Shown here: positions 56,935-64,000 of the stretch, in pieces | How the letters are laid out: every line of letters starts with the position of its first letter | Position numbering within the stretch: position 1 is the first letter of the stretch | NCBI GenBank assembly: GCA_021779665.1 | Contig: JAJYAG010000001.1 | Span: forward strand, 67,396 to 131,395 | From: Bacteroidota bacterium | GTDB taxonomy: Bacteria > Bacteroidota > Bacteroidia > Bacteroidales > JAAUTT01 | Direction: 5' to 3' | Length of the DNA: 64,000 bases | The notes under the pieces: generated by a model | Databases searched by the model: none | Seen by the model: the letters and a program-made list of their open reading frames with translations, nothing else | What the model was told of the DNA's origin: nothing | Made by a program: the position numbers and the translations under genes

Positions 56935-57402
56935 ATGAGCAAAGTTGTTATCTCAAGCTTCGAAGAGTACGAGAAATTTATTGGTAAAGAAATTGGAGTT
57001 TCCGAATATATTGAAGTTACACAGGAACAAATTAATTTATTTGCCGATGCAACACTGGATCACCAATGGATCCACACCGATCCGGCAAGAGCCGCTGTTG
57101 AAAGTCCGTTTAAATCAACCATTGCCCATGGTTATTTCAATCTCTCGATTCTGCCTTACTTGTGGCTCGAAATTGTAGAGTTTAAGAATGTAAAGCTGAT
57201 GGTAAATTATGGTATCGAAAAGCTGAAATTTAACCAGCCGGTGCTTATCGGAAGCAGAATCCGTTTACGTGCAAAACTCGAAACGCTTGTTAACCTGAGA
57301 GGTACAACCAAAGCAGGATTATATGTAGTGCTCGAAATTGAAGGAAACAACAAACCTGCACTTGACGGTGTTCTGACCTTTTTATATCATTTCAATAATT
57401 AG
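56935..57402 (+). CDS. MaoC-like (R)-specific enoyl-CoA hydratase / hot-dog dehydratase
   Basis: 155 aa with a hot-dog fold signature around HTDPARA. Confidence 0.7.
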   Translation: MSKVVISSFEEYEKFIGKEIGVSEYIEVTQEQINLFADATLDHQWIHTDPARAAVESPFKSTIAHGYFNLSILPYLWLEIVEFKNVKLMVNYGIEKLKFNQPVLIGSRIRLRAKLETLVNLRGTTKAGLYVVLEIEGNNKPALDGVLTFLYHFNN

Positions 57403-57425
57403 GAGAAATTATAAAATATAAAGAA

Positions 57426-57451
57426 AGCGTTGGTATTCCAGCGCTTTTTTT
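57426..57451 (+). terminator. rho-independent terminator after the MaoC-like gene
   Basis: AGCGTTGG-tatt-CCAGCGCT followed by T7. Confidence 0.6.
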
Positions 57452-57472
57452 GTTTGACCCATATTTGCATAG

Positions 57473-59239
57473 GTGAAAAACAGCAAAGACATACATGAGT
57501 TGAAATTCAGGAACAAACCACCGTTTGTGACCCTGCTTTCCATTTATAAAACGGAACGGGGAAATCTTACAATTTCGCTCATATTACTTATAATCAAGCA
57601 CTCTCCTGCCCTGCTTCTGCCAGTTATCATCGGGAATGTAATTAATGCAATTATTGCCGGCGGACCCGAAACGCTTCATAAAATCACCTGGAATTCGGTT
57701 TTCATTGGTATCTTAATTTTTCAGAATATTCTTACGCATACTTTATTTATAAAGTACCTGAGCAAGGCAAATCGTTCCATTGAAAAGAAACTCAGGTTTT
57801 CTCTTGTAAAGAGGATGCAGGAGCTGTCGATTTCGTTTCATGATAATTTTGAATCCGGCCGGCTGCAAACAAAGGTATTGCGCGACGTCGAATCTATCGA
57901 GATTCTTACCCGGCAGCTTGCCAATATTGTTTTTACAGGACTGCTCAACATCGTTTTTGTAATTGTTGCCACGCTGCTTCATAATGTTTATGTGGCTCTG
58001 TTTTATTTTGTCATTATCCCTCTATCTGTTTTTCTGGTATTGACATTTCGCCGGAAAATGGTAAAAAGTAATGAAGAATACCGGTTGACACTCGAGGTTA
58101 TGTCGGCACGGGTAAGCGAAATGGTACAGATGATTCCCATAACACGGGCTCATGGAGCAGAGAAGACTGAAATTGATCAGGTAAGTTCCCATTTGGAAAA
58201 CGTACAAAAAAAAGGTTTCCGGCTCGATGTTCTGAATGCCCTGTTTGGATCTTCAGCATGGGTTACTTTCCAGATTTTCCAGTTTATATGCTTGCTGGTT
58301 ACAGGTTTTATGGCATATTATAAAATGATTACCGTTGGCGATGTAGTGATGTACCAGGGATTTTTCGGCCTTATAATCAACGCCATCAACATGATTATCA
58401 ACGTTTATCCCGAAATCAACCGTGGTTTCGATTCCCTGCATTCGCTGGGCGAAATTCTGGAATGTCCCGATCTGGAGCAAAACGAGGGCAAGAAAAGAAT
58501 TCAATCGGTGAAGGGCGAGGTGGAGTTCCGCGATGTAGTTTTTGGGTACACCTCCGATGTTTTAGCGGTTAATAATATATCCTTCAAGGCTGAACCCGGA
58601 CAAACCATTGCTTTTATCGGCGAGTCAGGCGCCGGTAAATCAACGCTGATGAATCTGCTTATTGGCTATCGTCGGCCTGCCTCCGGGCAAATTCTGCTGG
58701 ATGGAACTTCCATGAACGAAATTGACCTGAGAACCTACCGCAGGCATATTGCAGTGGTTCCGCAGAATATCATTCTGTTTTCGGGCTCAGTACGCGAAAA
58801 CATCCTTTATGGAATTGATAGCGAAAACGTTAACGAAGCTATATACAGTGAAGTGCTTGAGATGTCGCGCGTAAATGAGTTCCTCGGCAAATTACCCGAT
58901 GGCGAAAATACCCGCATAGGCGAACATGGCAGTAAACTTTCCGGCGGACAGCGTCAGAGGATTGCCATTGCAAGAGCCTTAATCCGCGACCCCAAGATTA
59001 TTATTCTCGATGAAGCCACTTCAGCCCTCGATGTTCAAAGCGAAGTTTATATCCGTGAAGCCATCGGGAATATGATAAAAAACCGGACTACCTTTATCAT
59101 TGCTCATAGGCTAACCACAGTGCGGCATGCAGATCTTATTATTGTTCTGAAAAAGGGTCGGATAATTGAAAGCGGAGGTCACGACAGCCTGATGGCAAAA
59201 AAAGGTGAGTATTTCAAAATGAACGAAGTTGTTCAATAG
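57473..59239 (+). CDS. ABC transporter permease/ATP-binding protein (type I exporter, MsbA-like)
   Basis: 6-TM N-terminal domain plus NBD (GESGAGKST; LSGGQRQRIAIARAL; ILDEATSALD). The start codon is uncertain (GTG). Confidence 0.85.
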   Translation: MKNSKDIHELKFRNKPPFVTLLSIYKTERGNLTISLILLIIKHSPALLLPVIIGNVINAIIAGGPETLHKITWNSVFIGILIFQNILTHTLFIKYLSKANRSIEKKLRFSLVKRMQELSISFHDNFESGRLQTKVLRDVESIEILTRQLANIVFTGLLNIVFVIVATLLHNVYVALFYFVIIPLSVFLVLTFRRKMVKSNEEYRLTLEVMSARVSEMVQMIPITRAHGAEKTEIDQVSSHLENVQKKGFRLDVLNALFGSSAWVTFQIFQFICLLVTGFMAYYKMITVGDVVMYQGFFGLIINAINMIINVYPEINRGFDSLHSLGEILECPDLEQNEGKKRIQSVKGEVEFRDVVFGYTSDVLAVNNISFKAEPGQTIAFIGESGAGKSTLMNLLIGYRRPASGQILLDGTSMNEIDLRTYRRHIAVVPQNIILFSGSVRENILYGIDSENVNEAIYSEVLEMSRVNEFLGKLPDGENTRIGEHGSKLSGGQRQRIAIARALIRDPKIIILDEATSALDVQSEVYIREAIGNMIKNRTTFIIAHRLTTVRHADLIIVLKKGRIIESGGHDSLMAKKGEYFKMNEVVQ

Positions 59240-59336
59240 TAAGCAGATAAAATTACTTTTTCAGGGTGAATTACCCGGGTTGATAAAAAAAATTTTTCCA
59301 TTTAAAAAAGTAGCTTATTTTTGAAGCAGCAATATA

Positions 59337-59843
59337 ATGCGCATGAATATAATAGAAGCTATCTGTACTCCTATCAACCAAATTATTAACTGGTTTTATC
59401 CACCATTCCGAAGGCTGGTACCTATCCAGACTTTCCGATATGCTGCCTGTGGAGGATCCAACATGGTACTCGATACGCTTTTATATTATATAAGCTACAA
59501 CTATATTCTTGAAAAAAGGCTTGTACACCTGAAGCTATTTACAATCAGCCCGCATATTGCAGCCGTGTTTATGGCATTTTTCGTGACTTTTCCTACAGGT
59601 TTCTTTCTTTCCAAATACATCACCTTTACACAGTCGGAACTGCGCGGTCGAATTCAGTTATTCCGATATGGCCTCACCGTGTTAATCTGCCTTATTCTTA
59701 CCTATTCCTTCATGAAAATTTTTGTCGATTTCATAGGATGGTACCCAACTCCTTCAAGAATACTTACAACTGTTCTTGTAGTAATTTATAGCTATTTCTC
59801 TCAGAAATACTTTACTTTCCAGACTGTTCCTGCCAATGTTTAG
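59337..59843 (+). CDS. GtrA-family membrane protein
   Basis: 168 aa, 4 TM, N-terminal FRYAACGGSNMVLDTLLYY typical of GtrA. Confidence 0.6.
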   Translation: MRMNIIEAICTPINQIINWFYPPFRRLVPIQTFRYAACGGSNMVLDTLLYYISYNYILEKRLVHLKLFTISPHIAAVFMAFFVTFPTGFFLSKYITFTQSELRGRIQLFRYGLTVLICLILTYSFMKIFVDFIGWYPTPSRILTTVLVVIYSYFSQKYFTFQTVPANV

Positions 59844-59846
59844 GAA

Positions 59847-60260
59847 ATGACCGCTGAAGAACTTAAAACACGTGGTTTCGAAGAAGAACTGATTTTCAGC
59901 GCCAGCAGAAGTAGCGGTGCTGGGGGACAGAATGTAAATAAAGTAAATACCAAGGTTGAATTACGGTTTAATGTTGAAGATTCCCAGTTACTTACTCCCG
60001 AAGAAAAAGAACTGATATCAGCCAAACTTGCAGCACAGATCTCTAACGACGGCTTTTTGATTATCGTGTCACAAACCGAACGTTCCCAGCTAAAAAACAA
60101 GGAAACGGCAATTTCCAAATTCTACAATTTGCTTGCAAAAGCTTTAACCAGGCGTAAAAAGCGGAAACCCACCTCTCCAACTAAAATTTCTAAAGAAAAA
60201 CGGTTGGAAGGGAAGAGAAAAAATTCTGAAAAAAAGGGATTGCGAAAAAAAATTGAATAG
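59847..60260 (+). CDS. arfB: peptidyl-tRNA hydrolase ArfB (alternative ribosome-rescue factor B)
   Basis: GGQ motif (SRSSGAGGQNVNKVNTKV) plus a basic C-terminal tail (RRKKRKPTSPTKISKEKRLEGKRK). Confidence 0.8.
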   Translation: MTAEELKTRGFEEELIFSASRSSGAGGQNVNKVNTKVELRFNVEDSQLLTPEEKELISAKLAAQISNDGFLIIVSQTERSQLKNKETAISKFYNLLAKALTRRKKRKPTSPTKISKEKRLEGKRKNSEKKGLRKKIE

Positions 60261-60367
60261 CTACATCCCTTTCTAATTCAAGGTTCTGTGAAGATAACAT
60301 TTCATTAAGAAACTTTGGCAGAGATTTTGCGTTAAGGGTATTCAAAGAGACCTAAAAACTCATTACC

Positions 60368-61360
60368 ATGAAAGCAATTGTAACATTAACAGCCGGTTTG
60401 ATGATTGTATCAGCCACTTTTGCACAGTCCTCCAGGAGGTCCGAATCAAAAGAGAATAATAATGAATCCAACAATAGAAGATCAGAATCAGTAACTGAAA
60501 GAAGAGCACCGTCCGAAAGATCGGATAACAGCAGAACCGAAAGCGTAAGTTCCGACAGAAGATCAAACGAACGAATTGCGGTTGAAAAAAAATCTGAATC
60601 AAGCTCCAATACCAGTGTTCAGCAGCAGGTTCCTGTCACTCCCGACAGATCAGGCGATCGGTCGAGCGTTACAAACCGCCGCAATCCTTCGGAACAAAAC
60701 AAAGAAAGCTACAGCAGCAATCGGGGTAACAGTTCTAATTCGGGAAATAACAACCCTGACCGGAACCGGTATACTCCAAGCCAGAATTCTTCCAAAACTT
60801 ACGACGACAACCGGAGAGAGCCTCGCGGTGATGTTCGCAGGGAAGTTGTAGTTCAGGAACATTCAAGAAGAACCGTAGAGCCCAGACATCATGCAGTTGT
60901 TCACAATTCGTACCGTCCGGTTCCTGTCGAAGTTCGCAGAGTAAAATACCCTTATCGTGCACCTGTAAGAACCGAAGTAATCTGGACAGTAGATTTATCA
61001 AGACGTTTCGAAGTATATTACCCGGCATACCGCCCTTACAGATACCATGTCGGAATGAGATTAGCTACAGTTTCGGCTTACGATGCTTACGACTTTGTAG
61101 GTGAAATTGCCAGAGTATACGGCCGAGTAGCTGAAACATACTACTCATGGGAAACTGATGAATACTTCCTTTACCTCGGTGATTACTATCCTTACCACGA
61201 TTTCTCGGTAATCATACCCGGACGTGAAGCCAGAGATTTCAGCCGCAGACCGGAAAGGTTTTTCGAGAGACAACATATTGAAGTTACCGGTCTGGTAACC
61301 CGTTTCGAAGGCAAACCCGAAATGGTAATCAAAAGATCGTCGCAGGTAGCTGTTTACTAA
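60368..61360 (+). CDS. secreted protein with an N-terminal low-complexity region (Ser/Arg/Glu/Asn-rich) and a C-terminal Tyr-rich domain
   Basis: Signal peptide. About 170 aa of S/R/E/N-rich sequence, then a compositionally distinct domain. Strong terminator downstream. Confidence 0.5.
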   Translation: MKAIVTLTAGLMIVSATFAQSSRRSESKENNNESNNRRSESVTERRAPSERSDNSRTESVSSDRRSNERIAVEKKSESSSNTSVQQQVPVTPDRSGDRSSVTNRRNPSEQNKESYSSNRGNSSNSGNNNPDRNRYTPSQNSSKTYDDNRREPRGDVRREVVVQEHSRRTVEPRHHAVVHNSYRPVPVEVRRVKYPYRAPVRTEVIWTVDLSRRFEVYYPAYRPYRYHVGMRLATVSAYDAYDFVGEIARVYGRVAETYYSWETDEYFLYLGDYYPYHDFSVIIPGREARDFSRRPERFFERQHIEVTGLVTRFEGKPEMVIKRSSQVAVY

Positions 61361-61371
61361 AACACCATCAC

Positions 61372-61400
61372 AAAAAAACCGGGTTCTTCCCGGTTTTTTT
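61372..61400. terminator. bidirectional rho-independent terminator between convergent genes
   Basis: A-run, ACCGGG-ttctt-CCCGGT, T-run. Confidence 0.7.
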
Positions 61401-61437
61401 GTGTTTATACGTTTCTTAAATTTGCTTAAGCCTGAGT

Positions 61438-62418
61438 TTAATTTGCCGCTTCTCTGATGGGGACACGCTTATGGTTTTTATACGCTACCACAAAAGCCTT
61501 GGGAATATTAACCTTCTTCAGCAGCTGATTAGCTTCTTCGAATGTTCTGTACCTGCCGATTACATATTTATACCACCCTTCTTCCTTAAGAGTTTCTATG
61601 GGCATATCGCCATCGTAAACGTTCATTTTGATATAGCTCGAATTAAGCGGAACTGTATGAGCCACTATCTGAACCTGATAGTAAACAACCGTAGAATCGT
61701 AAGGCTCAGGCTCAGGTTCTTTTTTAATTTGTTGCGCTATCACCGAATCCTTTTTAACAGGTGTGGATGCAACAACCTCAGCAGGTTTTTCTTTGGTGAA
61801 AAGATTTTTCACAATATCGTCGTCGTAAACATAATTGTAATGAACAGGCCAATCGCGATATAGCTGAAGTGCACGGCCTTCTTTTTTTACAGCAATAATT
61901 TCAAGCGATATAGCTTCATAGAAACGATCGAAAGCTTTTGCATATTCCCGGCTATAACTTGCAGCTGCCTGTCTGTTTAATCCAGCTTTCTCAAAATAAT
62001 TGGAAGCTTCTTTCTGCAAAGCTTTGGCACTTTCCAATCCGGATGGGGAATCGTATTTATGCTTTGACCAGAATTCGGAGCTGTTCTTTTTAAAAACATC
62101 ATATTTAATCTGGCATCCTTCCTGAAAATTCTTTGCAGCCTGCACCAGGAGCGGATAAGCTTTGGCGTGGTACATGGAATCCATACGCGGATTGGATATG
62201 TCTTTGGGGTTGTAAACATTTACCAATTGATTCCAGGTAATAATACCACTCTTAATCAACTCGTTAGCCTTTTCAATCTTTTTTATTTCACTTTTTTCAA
62301 ACTCAACCGGAGGATCCAATACTTTAGGAAGTTCCTGTGCAATAAGATTCCGTGAAATGAATACGGTAAAGCCAATAAGAATAATCCGGGTTAATTTTTC
62401 TTTATTCATCTTATCCAA
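61438..62418 (-). CDS. SPOR domain-containing protein
   Basis: Signal peptide. C-terminal ~80 aa resemble the SPOR fold consensus (YYQVQIVAHTVPL...ETLKEEGWYKYVIGRYRTFEEANQLLKKV). Confidence 0.5.
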   Translation of the reverse strand: MDKMNKEKLTRIILIGFTVFISRNLIAQELPKVLDPPVEFEKSEIKKIEKANELIKSGIITWNQLVNVYNPKDISNPRMDSMYHAKAYPLLVQAAKNFQEGCQIKYDVFKKNSSEFWSKHKYDSPSGLESAKALQKEASNYFEKAGLNRQAAASYSREYAKAFDRFYEAISLEIIAVKKEGRALQLYRDWPVHYNYVYDDDIVKNLFTKEKPAEVVASTPVKKDSVIAQQIKKEPEPEPYDSTVVYYQVQIVAHTVPLNSSYIKMNVYDGDMPIETLKEEGWYKYVIGRYRTFEEANQLLKKVNIPKAFVVAYKNHKRVPIREAAN

Positions 62419-62470
62419 TTTTCGAGAATTTTTTACGAAAGAATTCCGAAAATGTAACGTTGTTTTAAAA

Positions 62471-63278
62471 TTATTTTAAAGGCGAGTTCGGTTCTTTCCT
62501 CATGGTGTTGTATTCAATCACATCGAGTAAACGAGGACAGATTTTGTTGAGCAATATAACAAGTTTACCTTCCATGGTAAGCACTATGGAACGTTTTCGG
62601 CGTTTTATACCATTAAAAATATGGCGGGCCACCTCTTCCGAACTCATCAGATTGGATTCCTGCAAAGGCGATTCGCCCTGTTCCTGTCCATTTTCGTTGA
62701 GTGCTGTTTTACGGATGTTGGATGCAGTAAAACCCGGCGCTACTATCATAACATGCAATTTATTTTTAAGATTCTCGACACGGAGAGTATCCAGAAATCC
62801 TTGTAAAGCAAACTTGGAGGCAGAATAACCGGTACGGGCCGGCAATCCTTTAAAGCCTGCAATAGACGAGACACCTACCACGGAGCCCTGATTTTGGAGC
62901 AGGTATGGCAAAGCATATTTGGTACAGTAAACAGCTCCCCAGAAATTCACATCCATTAGCTGTTTTATTACCTTTAAATCAACGTTTTGAAACAAAGCCC
63001 GCATGGATATTCCGGCATTGTTAATCAGGATATCAATTCTTTTAAATCTATCTATTGTTTTATTTACCAAATTCTTACAATCATCATCTTTTGTAACATC
63101 TGTTTGAACGATCAGAATATCAGGGTTCGAAGGTTTTATTTCCTGCTCAATCTCTGTTAACCTTTCTATATTACGGGCCGCTAACACTACAGAATAACCT
63201 TTAGAAGCAAACTCCCTGGCGCAGGCAAGTCCAATTCCAGAAGAAGCTCCGGTTATTATCACTACTTTATTTTGCATA
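62471..63278 (-). CDS. SDR family oxidoreductase
   Basis: Start placed at MQNKVVIITGASSGIGLACA (Rossmann TGxxxGIG). The ORF-track N-terminal extension to 63463 is unlikely to be translated. Confidence 0.8.
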
Positions 63279-63686
63279 TTAAGGTTGACGTCGTTAAAAT
63301 TGTTGTAAAAATAGTAAAACAAACCAAAGTGGTGCGAAATTAAATGCATGTTTTCGGCATTTCGGACATGAAGCAACTCTTTATTGATTGTAGCAAAGTA
63401 ATTTACCGGACAATAATGCACCTCACCTCTTTCCTTCTGCCTTGCAAGGAGTCTCTGGTTCAAAAGCTTAAACTATTAAAGTAATCGTATTTTCTGGTTT
63501 ACAGAGATATATAAAATCCAGGATACCTATTGGAATTATTTCGATGCCATGTTCAATAAAAAAGTGCGATTTTTTTGAATATTTTTTTAGTTGGGATACT
63601 CAGGTCATTTTTAAATTCTTAGGCTTGAATTTTAGAAAATTTAGCGGATTGCACAGGATATTTTTTGCCAATTTTTTCCGAAAGCA

Positions 63687-63717
63687 TTTGGAGAAAAAAA
63701 AAATGGTATTACCTTTG
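63687..63717 (+). promoter_or_regulatory. putative Bacteroidota-type promoter for tRNA-Lys
   Basis: TTTG at 63687..63690, then 19 nt, then TAccTTTG at 63710..63717. The tRNA starts 20 nt downstream. Confidence 0.35.
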
Positions 63718-63737
63718 CAGCGCCTTTGAAAAAAGAC

Positions 63738-63810
63738 GATTCAGTAGCTCAGCAGGTAGAGCACATCCCTTTTAAGGATGGGGTCCTGGGTTCGAATCCC
63801 AGCTGAATCA
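63738..63810 (+). tRNA. tRNA-Lys (anticodon TTT)
   Basis: 73-nt cloverleaf. 7-bp acceptor GATTCAG/CTGAATC. D-arm GCTC/GAGC. Anticodon stem CATCC/GGATG with loop CTTTTAA. T-arm CTGGG-TTCGAATC-CCCAG. Discriminator A. Confidence 0.85.
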
Positions 63811-63813
63811 CAA

Positions 63814-63836
63814 CCCCGCCGAAAGCGGGGTTTTTT
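63814..63836 (+). terminator. rho-independent terminator after tRNA-Lys
   Basis: CCCCGC-cgaaa-GCGGGG followed by TTTTTT. Confidence 0.7.
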
Positions 63837-64000
63837 GTTTTATGTACCTCCAAAACAAATTCAAAATCCGATAGGGTATTTTTGGATCAGTCGGAAAAGT
63901 TGGGGGAGAATAAATAAAGTATTTTCTTTGCACTCCTATGGAACATCAAAGAGAAGAATCGAATCTATTAAATGCTTTTTTGCCTAAAGGCATTCTTGAA

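Noticed and set aside
62471-63463. Long 330-aa version of the SDR gene
   Set aside because: The N-terminal 60 aa lack SDR features and the Rossmann motif begins right after an internal Met (MQNKVVIITGASSGIG). The shorter start at 63278 is preferred.
63544-63987. ORFs 63544..63729 and 63778..63987 around the tRNA
   Set aside because: They overlap the tRNA-Lys, its promoter and its terminator, and have low-complexity translations. Not coding. No integrase or att-like duplication of the tRNA 3' end is visible within the window.
1-64000. CRISPR arrays, rRNA genes, transposases or integrases
   Set aside because: No regularly spaced direct repeats with unique spacers, no rRNA-like conserved stretches, and no ORFs with DDE/tyrosine-recombinase hallmarks were seen. 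The interspersed repeats found are short palindromic intergenic elements, not CRISPR.

Overview
The window is a 64-kb chromosomal segment that looks Bacteroidota-like. Evidence for that: a SusC-type TonB-dependent barrel, TAnnTTTG promoter-like motifs, the MoxR/DUF58/RDD cluster, ~40% GC and dense mostly housekeeping or accessory genes. I call about 63 CDSs, one tRNA-Lys(TTT) at 63738..63810, several rho-independent terminators and a dispersed palindromic repeat family. No CRISPR array, no rRNA, and no obvious transposase, integrase or prophage.

Notable content, in order along the window:
- An mprF operon (MprF, an unknown membrane protein, then an AcvB/VirJ-like gene cut off at the window start).
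- The conserved MoxR-DUF58-DUF4350-DUF4129-RDD cluster.
- A PiT phosphate transporter and a purF-like amidotransferase.
- An M19 dipeptidase-like gene interrupted by a single in-frame TAG.
- A TetR-regulated cluster: LolA-like protein, two FtsX permeases, an ABC ATPase and an outer-membrane protein.
- A MarR-gpx pair with palindromic operators in its promoter.
- A K+ channel carrying a C-terminal zinc ribbon.
- An NfeD-flotillin pair and an ArfB ribosome-rescue factor.

The most unusual locus is 42788..50449 on the minus strand. A SusC-like barrel that has its carboxypeptidase-regulatory domain but no Plug domain sits directly upstream of a 1551-aa thioester-containing alpha-2-macroglobulin-family protein. 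That A2M protein carries a complete SusC-type CarboxypepD_reg+Plug module in its middle. No SusD partner is present. This plug-in-trans arrangement is my candidate for an undescribed system.
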